Origin: Cirrosporium novae-zelandiae
Taxonomy: Eukaryota
Length of the DNA: 20,000 nt
Direction: 5' to 3'
Assembly (NCBI GenBank): GCA_026023565.1
Contig: JAPETS010000022.1
Span: forward strand, 540,350-560,349
Under the pieces are notes generated by a model. That model did no database searches and was not told the DNA's origin. It worked only from the letters and a program-made list of their open reading frames with translations. Of the stretch, positions 9,026-20,000 are shown piece after piece; the stretch's first letter is position 1; every line of letters starts with the position of its first letter. The position numbers were made by a program, and so were the translations under genes.

Positions 9026-10361
9026 TTAAATCTGGCCATGTCCATGACGTTTATGCCCAACATGAGCCTCCCGACTTCTCTTACTCCTCGCGCCCCTCTT
9101 CCTCGTGGTCGTTGAATTTCCCTCTTTCGGGATCGCCACCATGCCATTCTCTAGAATCTGTGTAGCAGTTACGTTTTTCATGAGGCTGTTGAGGGCCGTG
9201 ACGCTGGCGTCATCGTCGGAGGAGTCCTGGAAAACTTGCAGCGAGTTAACATTCCAGTAGGAAGCTTCAAAGGCCGCGGCGTTGTCGCGAACGTAAGTTT
9301 CGCAGCTGGATGAGAGGGCTGCGCAGGTGCTGTACTCGCTCCAGACACTACCAGCCCAGTCGCCGCAGAAGGTCATGTCGAAAACCTGGGTTGGAAGTTA
9401 GCTTTCTAATGGTTGGGGATGGTAGGTGAATGAGCGAGAGAAGGGATGAGAATGTGTTAGGGGATGGGGAAATGATGATAAGGATGAAGCATGAGAATAG
9501 TATATATAAGATGAGACATACGATTTCCATGTCTATGAAGCGGTCGTCGATAGTACAACTCAAATCAAATTGCGCGAGGGGCTCGCCCCAGGTGTCGGGA
9601 GTGGGACTGCCGGTGGTTGTTCCGTCAGGGACATATTGTTCACGCCAGTGCCATATAGAAAAGAGATCGCTGGTCCACTCAACGGCGTAGACCCCACCGC
9701 CGGCTGAATTGAAGTTGGTGCCGTATGAATATGGCGCATCGGACTCGGAATTGATTTGACAACCGGTGTTAGAGTCGACAGCGGTATTGCAGTTATCATG
9801 GGTGAGCTCGCCGGTGAAGTAGGAGCCCTCGATGTAGCAATCTCCTTCGGTGTGGCCTGTCATGTCATTGCCGACTTGGGTGTTGACGCCTTCAATGATG
9901 TCCATTTCACCGTCGGTAGGCCAAGTGGGGGTACCAAGTAGCCAAAACGCGGGCCATGTGCCGCAGATACTTGCGGGCATGTGTTCGAGATCCAGAATGA
10001 AGAGACCGTGGTTGTAAGTGTTTTTGCTGTAGATCCTAGTGCTTTTACGGCCGGGGTCGGTGGCTGTGTGCGTCCAGTCGACACCCATATATGTGGTACC
10101 ACTGTCAAGGATGATACCGAGCTCTAGAGCGTCATCGTAGCTAAGATAGTTGACGTAGCCGTTAGTAGGATCGGTGTCCTGGAAAGGGTTAGAAGGAGAA
10201 TCAGTCAACGGATGGTAGGCTCGAGGGCTTACGGTAAAGAAGTCGAAGTGATCAAAGAAGTTTCCGGTTCCAGCTTCCATGTCCTCAACGAGAACGTAGG
10301 AACTCATGGCAAGCCTTGCAAAGGCAATGGCCCCGAGGGGGATGAGAGTGCTGCAGTGCAT
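9026..10361 (-). CDS. Secreted GH16 endo-1,3(4)-beta-glucanase (fungal Lam16A-like)
   Basis: Exons 10361-10233, 10178-9522, 9385-9026; introns 10179-10232 (54 nt) and 9386-9521 (136 nt) are GT-AG. Signal peptide, DPTNGYVNY, GRKSTRI, CGTWPAFW, catalytic GEMDIIEG (ExDxxE), GGGVYAVEW, IVFDMTFCGDWAG, YWNVNSLQVFQ. Basic/His-rich C-tail. Confidence 0.93.
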
Positions 10362-11332
10362 TTTGACTCTTGGGAAGAAACTGGAGATGGTGATTGCTAA
10401 GACGAAAGGCCACTTCACTTGAGTGCGAGAAGGACATTTATATCAAGTAGAAATGAGGTGGTGTCGTTTTCACCACGTGGGAAGGCTTCCCATACGTTCC
10501 AGTGACCTTGTTTGACAGAGGACATGTTACTGAACAAAGTAAACCATTTCAAGTCTGGTTAAATTAGAGGTAGCATCTCAAAAATGCAAATAGTCGTTTG
10601 AACAGGCCATATCCTAGAGATTCACCTGCCATTAGAATCAGGAGTGTTAAAATCGCCGAGCATCTAAACGTTCGCTGGTGCTGGAGACGTTCCATGGGCT
10701 TAAATGAACTAATCAAAGTGATAAATTCGATCGCAGCACATAAGAGGGGTTGCGTGCCTCAACATCTAACATTTTTTAGGCATTTACTCGGATCGGACAC
10801 AATCTGAAACTTTTCAAGGTTAGTTGAGCGTTGGACATGGAACGACGCAAGCGTTGAGGAATGAATGAAAAGCCAAAAGCCAAGGCTGAAAGCTTCAAAA
10901 CCTAGATGTCTTATTTGCGAGCAAGGCTGATCGCAAGAAAGTATATGTATTCGATGTTCAAAAGTGGATATGATGAAGATGTAGCTAGGCTTTTTTCATC
11001 GCAAATCTCCTCTGCGGTAATTCTTTGGGGGACGGGAAGTAGATGAAGAACATGATAGGTGAGAAAACCTTCAGGAGCTCTCCGCAAATTCAACAATTCC
11101 TTGATGAACGATGAAAACATTTAATGTATCATGGTTGCACTTTTCATGGGGTAGGAGTAGCATTAGGCAATTGTTCCGTAGACGCAACAAATAGACATTC
11201 GCGGAACGGCACGAGGTGGTACCTGCATCAACCATCTCTAGTATAAGGTATATCTGGGAGCCAGGACATATTCTTCCGCCGATAGATTAGTATGTCAGAT
11301 GGTACCTGAAACTTTGAAATTATAATCGCCCG

Positions 11333-11361
11333 TGAAGGTCCCTTGAAGGTCCCTTGAAGGT
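11333..11361. repeat. Short tandem repeat, 11-bp unit TGAAGGTCCCT x2.6
   Basis: TGAAGGTCCCT TGAAGGTCCCT TGAAGGT read directly. Confidence 0.85.
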
Positions 11362-11594
11362 TGAACGATGAAGCTCATTCAGCGTTACATTCAATCAGCT
11401 GTTTTGGCTCACCACATGTGATAAACGACAGGATGAATTCGCAATGAGGTTAAGAGGCTAGTGGTCTGACTTGAACTGTAAAATTATATTGAATCCTTTC
11501 AAAATCCTTTCGATAGTTAATGTTCTCAGACATGAGCAATAAATCTTGAAGTTGATCGATGATAATGGAACTTTGACTTGTCAAGATAGCTACC

Positions 11595-11639
11595 TGGACA
11601 AGAATGGACAAGAGTGGACCAGAGTGGACAAGAATGGAC
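11595..11639. repeat. Short tandem repeat, 10-bp unit TGGACMAGAR x4.5
   Basis: TGGACAAGAA TGGACAAGAG TGGACCAGAG TGGACAAGAA TGGAC read directly. Confidence 0.85.
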
Positions 11640-12018
11640 GGTACCAGGATGAATTAAGACACACTAAGCCGAATCGAAGGCTGTCAAGATGATACTCGAG
11701 TTAGACTTGAGCCAAGAATCTGCCTTGAAGGATCAACTTGCCTGGAACTGACACCCTGTGGCGCTGAAGAAGTGTGCACCGTAAACTAGGCCTATTTGGT
11801 ACCCAGGTACCCTATCCAATATCCGATCTACAACCTCGGATCACCAAAGATAGTTGTTCCGACTTGCATCTACCTAGGTAATCAGTATTATCATTATAAC
11901 TACAAAACCATTTCCTTTCCTTTCCTACTACTATTACTATTACTACAAATAAACGAGAAACTTCTCCCCATGCTATATCTTTTTTTGAAAACCTCCCCTA
12001 GTGAGACCTTTGTAGTAT

Positions 12019-14093
12019 TTAGCGATTCCGCCACCACCTATCGAGAGAGAAGATCCCGTCTTTGTAAGCCACCTCACCACTAGCACCACCTTTCTCGGCG
12101 TCTCTTTGCTTTTTTTTGGGTTTCTCTTTTGAAAACCCTGTAATCTTCCCTTTGGAATTTCTATAAAGCCACCAGGTAAGCACAACCAGCAGGGTAAGTG
12201 GTATGGTGGTGGAAGCCCATAACCACCAAAGACCCGAAACATGGATGTCGCTCTTTCTTGTAGTGGCCGAGAATATACCTGCGCCCAGAACGGTCTGGTG
12301 AAGGGGGCGAATATCAGCTTTTTTCTCTCTCTCCTACATTTGTATTCTCGAATGGGTCCTCAAGCGTCAGGGCAACCTACCGCAGTGAATGTCCCCGGCA
12401 AAAACACCATCGTCAGCGCCGCAATCGCATTCATGCTCGTACTATCGTTCTTCATATCTGCCGCCAGATTGATATTATTCGCGGCATCCTGCTGTGTCAC
12501 AAGGTTATATACCAGATTCATCGTGCTGTCCTTGCGATTCTTGTAGTTTAGGAACCAGATTTTCTGCTTGCTCATGGAGGCGATGATGTATTCGATGGAA
12601 TCAGTTGCTCGCTGATACACGAATCGTGGGGATTGAATGGTGGAATGGAAGCGCGAGTGCGCGTTTCGGATGCCGACGGCCGTGATGATGGCGACGTCTG
12701 CGTTGGTGAGATGAGAATCGGCGTTTTGGGAGATTATATGGAGTTGCTTTGTTAGATCGCTGAGCTTGGCCCGGTCGCTGGTTACGAGGCCAGCGACATG
12801 GTCGTCGACTTTGTTAATCTGTACGAGTCCGCGGTTAAGAAAGACATGATGGCGAGTATTACCTATGAGAGAACGGGTGCCTACCTGTGCCCACATGAAT
12901 CGCTGGAATCGCTTGACGTGATATTTGGAGGCTTCGAAAGATAATGTTGATAAGATGATATGAAAATCAAAGGGATCGCTTAAAAATATGGGAGGCCGTC
13001 TCTCTATGGGTTGAGTCTCGGTGCCAATATTCAAGATTTTTTGAAGAGCATTAATACTAGTATCATTCTGCTTGTGCGATATGACATATGTAGTAATGTC
13101 GTGGGTTTCATTATAGCTCATGTATACTGAAAGGGGTGCACCTTGCACTTGGAGATTCCATCGCGGATGTTGGCAGAAGAACTCTGAATGTTTCATCAGG
13201 AATTACTTCTGCTCTACAAGTTTGTGACGGATCAGCCACGTACCGCATGCAGAAAGATTTCCATCTTGATCTGATTCCCAGTGTGACTGAGGTGCCCAAT
13301 AGTCTGGCCGCCCGAGCATATTCAAGAGAAAAAGCGGGTTAAGCCTTAGAATCTTGAAAAAATGCTCAACACTAGACTGAGTCATCAATATTTGACTACC
13401 AAACGACGTTTGTTGAACGGGTCTCAGTGGGACAAAACTAGAGATATCAACTGAAGCACAGTCAGGAAGAGAGGCAAAAAGGGACTTTTACAAAATAAGC
13501 AATCTGCGTTGCTCAGCCTTCTTGCGATTGGTTCGAGGTGATGGCTTTTGGTTGCCATTGCTAAAAGAGTGAGGGAATCGAATGGATGCTCTCTATTGAA
13601 GCGCTCTTTTGGTCACCCAAAGTGCTCGTACCAATACACTGCATCTATAGAAAGGCGAACTTACTTTGACAAAGGCTTTGAGTCCTTGTTCATCTAAAGC
13701 ATGCCATTCTTTTGCTCCAGTGAGTAGCTTATTTTTGAAGACCCAGGACACTCCTGAAGCCTTACCTTCTCCTTTCCCACTCACTTCCAAACAGTGAATC
13801 GCCGTTTCATTGGAGAAATTGTTGCCATTCGCCAGATGATGCTCATGCTGGACTGCACCAAACACGTCCTGAATAGACCAGAGATCATCGAGGGGATAGT
13901 GGCTCGAATCAAGGGAGAAGTTGAAATCCAACTCGTTAGTATCCAAATCGCCTGCTTGAGCATGGCGAGCAACGTCATTCATCTCTCGCGAATTCGGCCG
14001 CGGTTGTACTTTGGCCCTGGCGAGGGAGGCCTCCAGTCGCGAAAATGTTTCGTTCCCATCAAATTCGGAGAGTTGGTCCTTGAATAAAGACAT
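12019..14093 (-). CDS. Fungal CorA-like (Mg2+ transporter-like) protein with two C-terminal TM helices
   Basis: ATG 14093 and about six GT-AG introns (e.g. 13709-13765, 12819-12884, 12295-12380; the middle junctions are less certain). C-terminal LVYNLVTQQDA..N..LA.DMKNDSTSMNAIAALTMVFLPGTFTA|TVLGAGIF...WWLWASTTIPLTLLVVLTWWLY is the typical fungal CorA-like tail. Stop TAA 12021-12019. Confidence 0.75.
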
Positions 14094-14422
14094 TGTGATA
14101 ATATTAAGACTGCGGATGTTGAAGCAGACATGAAAGAAAGTGCTTTAAATGCCGCTACAATGTCAAATGTGTTCAGATGATATTTGAAGGAAGAAAAGAG
14201 TTCTGACCTTGTGTTGCCTCAGCCTTGCAATTATTGAGCCTTGTTTCCTCTTTTCACATTTGGCGGACTGTACTGTATAAGGCTCCACATCTTACCTAGA
14301 CCCATGTTCCGGCATATTCCGTGCTAAAATTAGAGAGTATTTAATTAACATATTTTTCGTACATTTAATCCATCATCCTTAATCCTAGATCTTCATTTCC
14401 GTCTTCCACTAATAGTCAAAGG

Positions 14423-15410
14423 ATGGATTTCAAAATCAGTTACGAACATCTTCTGACAAAATTCGATAAGTTAGTTGATCAGGGGGTAATTCAATATAAA
14501 AATTCCGAGGTAGTAATTCGGACAGAAAATGGCTGGACGGTAAGCAATTTATGAGCGCACCGGGCTTCGCAAGCTAAGCAGGCTTTTAAAGATCGAGTTT
14601 CGCATCAGTTCGTCTCTTACGGGAAAGCCTCAAGCAGAAGAAGAACTCAAGTTACCAACATCCAACAATGAAAATGGTGTGCAAAGGCCGGAATGTTTCG
14701 GGCCGGGAAGCGACATCGCCAATTGCCATCCCGACATTCTCATAGATACAGTTAATAATACTCATTTACTCGTCATCAACAAATTCTGTGTTTTCCGGCC
14801 TCAGCTGCTGATGCTTTCTAGCGATTCATATCGTCGACAAAGTGAGCCGCTGTCCCAGGAGGACTTTGAAGCTGCTTGGACAACTTTGTCTGCCATGGAG
14901 TTTCCGAATTACATGTTGTACAACTGTAACTCGCTAGCAGGTGCTAGTAGACATCATAAGCACATGCAAATTATTCCAATGCCGGAAGATCCTGATGAGA
15001 ACCCGACCGGCTTCAAGTTCTTCCCTGATAGAACAGGCTTCGATTTCCGAAAGATCCCCTTCAGGTATTCCCTGAAATACCTGGTCGACTTGCCTCTGGA
15101 GCTCCGAGAATGTGGGAGTGTACTTCTCAGAGTATACAAAGAATTGCTTGCTCAAAATAGAAAATCCTTGGACGTAGGAGCTGGAGGTATTTTCCCGCAT
15201 AATGTGGTGACAACCAAAGAATGGATGATTGTGATTCCGAGGAGCAGTAACAACTTTCATGGTATAACTGCAAACGGTGCCGGTATGATGGGATCTGTTT
15301 GGCTTTCAAACACTGCTCAATTGGAAGAAGGATGGATTAAATATAGCTTTGCGAATGCGCTTTCTCATCTAGGAGTAGGGATTCCACCGAAAGATGAAAA
15401 AGAAATGTAA
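14423..15410 (+). CDS. APA2: Diadenosine tetraphosphate (Ap4A) phosphorylase / ATP adenylyltransferase, ~311 aa
   Basis: Exon 14423-14539 (MDFKISYEHLLTKFDKLV...), intron 14540-14591 (GTAAGC..GCTAAG..AAG), exon 14592-15410. Motifs: FGPGSDI, HLLVINKFCVFRPQLL, YNC..LAGASRHHKHMQ (HxHxQ), PHNVV.TKEWMIVIPR, ANGAGMMGSVW. Confidence 0.9.
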
Positions 15411-16854
15411 GAAGTAGAAATGAAGGTGTAAACATTGAATGTTACACTAAAAATAATATAGTCTTACATATTCTAGAATGCTTGTATTGTTTGCTACCTG
15501 ATAAATTTACCTAGGTACATGTACATAACCTATCCTGATACCCTATAAGCCCCACCATAGCCTTCTCGAACACTCCACCTCATAAACCCCTAAACTCAGT
15601 TTCGCTCCCTTCTACTCTTCCTCCTTTAGTGTACGAAGAACTTCTGCTCCTGCGCCCGCGTCTTCTGACCCGCGCTCCACCCGCTCAACCGAGGTTCTAT
15701 ACTTCACCTCTACCTCCGCCGTGCCAGCTGCTACTATGGTAACAATACCGTGCTGAACGTGTGCGGCCAGGAGAGGAATCAGAAAGTACTAGCCGCTTAG
15801 GTATTGTATCCCTCCTAACAGAACGAGAGCGGTTTCGTGGGCGTACGTTAAGATTGTGTCCAGTATACCTTGAAGGGAGACCAAATGGGTTTTCGACAAT
15901 GAGAAAAACGACTACTGTTTCGCGATCTGCGTCATTGAAAGGTACAATTCTTTTCGAATCTCAAGGTTGAGATCAATAGCCTACTTCAAATCCATGGTGC
16001 CGCGAGGCTCCAATGCCACCAATAGGTGTTTATCTAAGCGATGATCATCTAGGAGAATGAGTTGAGGTTGAAAAAGGACTCTTGATAACGGCTTCAAGGC
16101 AAGGATGGTACATGTACAATAAAAATGATCCATCATCATCGCAGGCATTTAGGATTAAGAGAAATTAGGTTCTTGTAAGACGAATATGTGATAAAGGAGA
16201 CAAGGAAAGGAAAGAGGTGTGATGTGATGTGATGTGATGTAATATGGTGTGGTATAAGCTCGGTATTCGATATATAACTACCAAGGCAGTCGTGGTATTT
16301 ACAGTATCTGTTTGGAGAGCCCCGAGAGTAAGTAAATATGGGGATTATAAAAGTTAAGCCATGTTCTGGTTTGTGGTACTTGCTATCTTGATGTAGGAAT
16401 GTGTTGCAAATGCGTAAATAAATCAATAGGTATGTAAGAGTGCCTTGTTAAATTTAAAGAAAGAAATCTTTATGATGGATGGAATTGTACTCGAGTAATG
16501 TAAACTCAGGGGCTTCTCTTATGCATGATTGACCTTTGCACTAGTTAGCTTTAGGCTAAAGGTAGATCTGTCGTCGTAGTGCCCGATCTCTCTTCTCTTC
16601 CGAAAGTCTCGGTACCGATGGCGTAGTTAATTCAAGCTAGAATCTGGCCAGAAGCTCTAATAGTACCTGTTCCGCCATTCCGCGTTTACCACTGGAGGTT
16701 CCAGCCCTGTCCATCCAGGTAGTAGAGATTGAAATCCCCCACTATCAATTCTTGTTTATTCTTTCCTACCTCCAATTTCATTATCAAAGATTGCAGCACG
16801 ATGGCGTGGCAGCTAGGATTAAACTATATAACCGACCTCTCCTACCTATTTGAA

Positions 16855-16907
16855 GTCCGAACTTCGGACCTGGTTACGGACTGAACCGTATTCAGCCTGC
16901 GGAGCCG
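16855..16907. promoter_or_regulatory. Cluster of palindromic CGG/CCG elements, putative Zn2Cys6 transcription factor sites upstream of the polyamine oxidase
   Basis: GTCCGAA-C-TTCGGAC (16855-16869), TACGG-N6-CCGTA (16875-16890) and CGG-AG-CCG (16900-16907), about 870-910 bp upstream of ATG 17768. Confidence 0.3.
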
Positions 16908-17767
16908 AGCATGAGAGAAACTGAGATAGGGTGCCCAAATCCGAAAGGAGGGTATCTTAGAATTCGTGATTCAGTTGTGAAAGCAGACAGGTTGTAGATA
17001 ATGAAACTCCAACGCCTATAGACAAATCAATTGACATAAGAAGGGAAGGAGGAGATAGATTCCACTACCCTGAAAGTCGCCTGGAATGGCTTAGCTAGGT
17101 CACGGTGATATTTATTAGTTTGAAAGAAGGCGGAAAGACTAAAGGCTATGGCCACAAAACATCCCATAGCACTATAGATTGATAACTAGTGACAAGGGTC
17201 TGGAAGTGGGTGGAATGAGCAAGCTCATCCCGATATTTGTCTAGCCCAGGAGCGACATTTAGACAATAAACAGATCACACGCACACACACACATATCATC
17301 CTTTCAATAGTAACAAACAAGTATTCTGCCGTCCTCCCTTCTTTCTTTTTTTTAGCATGCTCAACTAATAGCGTAGCACCATCAAACTCAGTTAGCAAAA
17401 TACAGAATCATTGGCGGAGCACGGCATAAATATAAACCTCGTTAGATGCAGGAACATGATATTAGAAGACTAAAGCTAAAGTTGATCTGGGGTTATTCGG
17501 CTGCGACTACCCATCTCATCCATCGTAACACGAATCATGGCAGGTGGTTAAGATCCAGGGGCATTCCACGGCAGACTACATATCCTGTATCTCAATTGAT
17601 AAGGCCACCTACCTCCTGGTCGAGCTTTCGAGTAACCCGAGATGAGATGTTAAAAGTTGGTTGAGCTCCTCTGTAGTTTAGATGGAACGTGGATACTCCA
17701 GTTCGTGAATCTTAGCTGTCAACTTTTTATATTGAAAGCAAGTGTCGTGCAATCTTCTAGTACCAGC

Positions 17768-19834
17768 ATGAAGCTCCAGGCTATCGGGTTGGGAGCTCTC
17801 CTAGCATCAACCCTTGCGGCTGGAAATGAAAACGCCCAAGTCTGCAAGAAGACTAAGGTAGCGGTTCTGTATGTATGATCAACATCGATTCTCGCATTAA
17901 TATGGTAGCTAACAAGTCCGAAGTGGTGCGGGAGTGGCGGGAATTACAGCAGCGGTAATACTCATCTTGACCGAAATGCATTCTAAGATATTTCAATTGA
18001 CAAGTGTGTTATTTAGCAAGCTCTAGTGAACCAGTCCATCACCGATTTCGTAATTATCGAGTATCAGAATGACATTGGCGGAAGGTTACACAAGGTGAAC
18101 TTTGGGAAGAAGCCCAACGGGTCTTCCTACACCGTTGAGGCCGGTGCCAATTGGGTATGTCTTTGCCATAGTTCTATCACTTTATCTATATACCTCGGTT
18201 AATAACATTGAGCGACTGTAGATTCAAGGACTAGACTCACCGAGTGGACGAGAGAACCCGATCTATACCTTGGTTAGTTCATCTACCCCAAGTAAAAAGA
18301 ATTGTATTTGTTGCAAGGTTAACTGGTCCCAGGCGAAAAAATATAACATATACAACATGTACGTAGATATGAGATACCTTTGAATTAACTAATATTAACG
18401 AGAGCACAGACCCTCAGACTTTGGCAATATTACGACTTTTGATCAGAACGGTCCAATAGATTACACAGATCTTGTAGACACGTTTAGTGACGTATGGGAC
18501 AACGTCTCCATAGACGCAGGTAGTATTCTGCAAAACAACGGTCAAGATCGAAGTATCCGCGCTGGTGCTCGGCTGATGGGATGGAATCCGCGCCAGAATG
18601 ACTCGTATTCTCAAGTTGCCGAATGGTGGACCATCGACTCCGAATTCATCTATACTCCAGATGAGAGCTCGGAGGTGTTTACGGCTGTTGCGAATAATGC
18701 TACTTTCCAGTACTTTTCTGACGAGAATAATTTTGTCATTGACCAGCGAGGCTTCAGTACGTCCACCGTTTCCCTTCCCTAGAAAGACATTGCATGATGA
18801 TCAGTTCACAGGTTAACCAACCCAGGCGCCATGATCAAGGGCGAGGCATTTACGTTCTTGAAAAAAAATGACACGAGACTCCATCTAAACACAATCGTAA
18901 CAGGCATCTCGTACAGCGACACAGGCGTCACTGTGCAAACAAACCGCGGATGCATCGAGGCCGAGTATGCGATCATGACCTTTTCTATTGGTGTCCTACA
19001 GAATGGGGGGATTGACTTCCAGCCCGCTCTACCTTCCTGGAAACAGGCAGCGATTTCCAGCTTCGATTTAGGCACTTACACCAAGATCTTCTTACAATTT
19101 GACGAGCCGTTTTGGGACTCTAACACGCAATTCTTGCTGTATGCGGACCCGTACGAGAGAGGTCGGTACCCGTCATTCCAGCCGTTGGATGTCCCCAATG
19201 CACTGCCGGGCTCGGGAATTATTGTCTGCACTGTCGTTAATAAACAGTCGTATCGCGTCGAGGCGCAGCCGGATGAGGTCACCAAGGCTGAAATCATGGA
19301 GGTGTTGCGGAACATGTATGGCAAGAATATCTCTGACCCCGTGGATTTTTATGTCCCACGTTGGACGCAGGTACCGTGGTAAGTCAAGCTCCAAGAATTC
19401 TCTACGCTCTAGGTACAGGTCAGATCCCTGTGGAACAAATTTATCACGAGGCTTCCGGGTCCTGGCTATGTTGTACAAAATAACCCCTGCAGCCATTTTG
19501 TCCTCATGCTGACGGCACTACATGCAGGGCTTTCGGGTCCTTTTCCAACTGGCCCCCATCCACCAGCCTAGCCACCCATCAGAACTTCCGTGCCAATATT
19601 GGTCGACTCTTCTTCGCTGGAGAGGCCACGAGCCAAGAATTTTTCGGCTATTTGCACGGCGCCTGGTTCGAGGGCCATAACACCGGCCAGCTAATCGGGT
19701 CCTGCATCAGGGGTACGACAAACTGCACCAACGCCGAGGGCGAAACTCATTACTCCGTCCTTACTGGTGTAACACCTTATGACATGTATAGTGCAAAGAA
19801 TGGATGGATAGCAGATACTTTTACTACGTCTTAA
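17768..19834 (+). CDS. Secreted flavin-containing polyamine oxidase (amine oxidase family)
   Basis: Signal peptide MKLQAIGLGALLASTLAA. Seven GT-AG introns (approx. 17869-17923, 17955-18016, 18155-18221, 18273-18332, 18359-18409, 18757-18825, 19379-19527) give a continuous frame. FAD motif VAVLGAGVAGITAA, IGGRL, VEAGANWIQG, TFSIGVLQ, YTKIFLQF, WAFGSFSNWP, LFFAGEATS..FFGYLHGAWFEG. Confidence 0.92.
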
Positions 19835-20000
19835 CGGCTATACACATAGCCCATGTGATACGCAAGGTATGGTTGTGTGGTTTCTGTTAAGGATCTCGGA
19901 AGATGCCGTGCCAAGACTAGATAGTATAACTAGAATATTTTGGATAAATTTAATAAAGAACCATACACAAAATCACAGCTGGTAGCATGACAAAAAGATA

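Noticed and set aside
11333..11639. CRISPR-like array
   Set aside because: Head-to-tail 10-11 bp tandem repeats without spacers, in eukaryotic DNA.

Overview
Filamentous ascomycete (Pezizomycotina-like) nuclear DNA with short GT-AG introns and CTAAC/CTGAC branch points. In order, the window holds: a disrupted SRPK-like (CMGC) kinase pseudogene (309-1684, +); a ~2.8 kb microsatellite-rich region with no long ORF (~2100-4900); a stand-alone HeLo (HET-S N-terminal-like) domain gene (-); a CAP59/CMT1-type GT69 mannosyltransferase (-); a secreted GH16 endo-1,3(4)-beta-glucanase (-); a multi-intron CorA-like two-TM membrane protein (-); an Ap4A phosphorylase (+); and a secreted flavin polyamine oxidase (+). 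The most interesting unexplained signal is in the non-coding region. It contains a 33-bp near-perfect hairpin (3998-4085) whose single mismatch is a G-U pair only on the minus strand. This hairpin lies downstream of canonical minus-strand splice signals and a tiny ORF, which suggests a spliced non-coding host transcript (pri-milRNA-like) just 3' of the HeLo gene. All family calls come from recognising motifs by eye; no searches were run.
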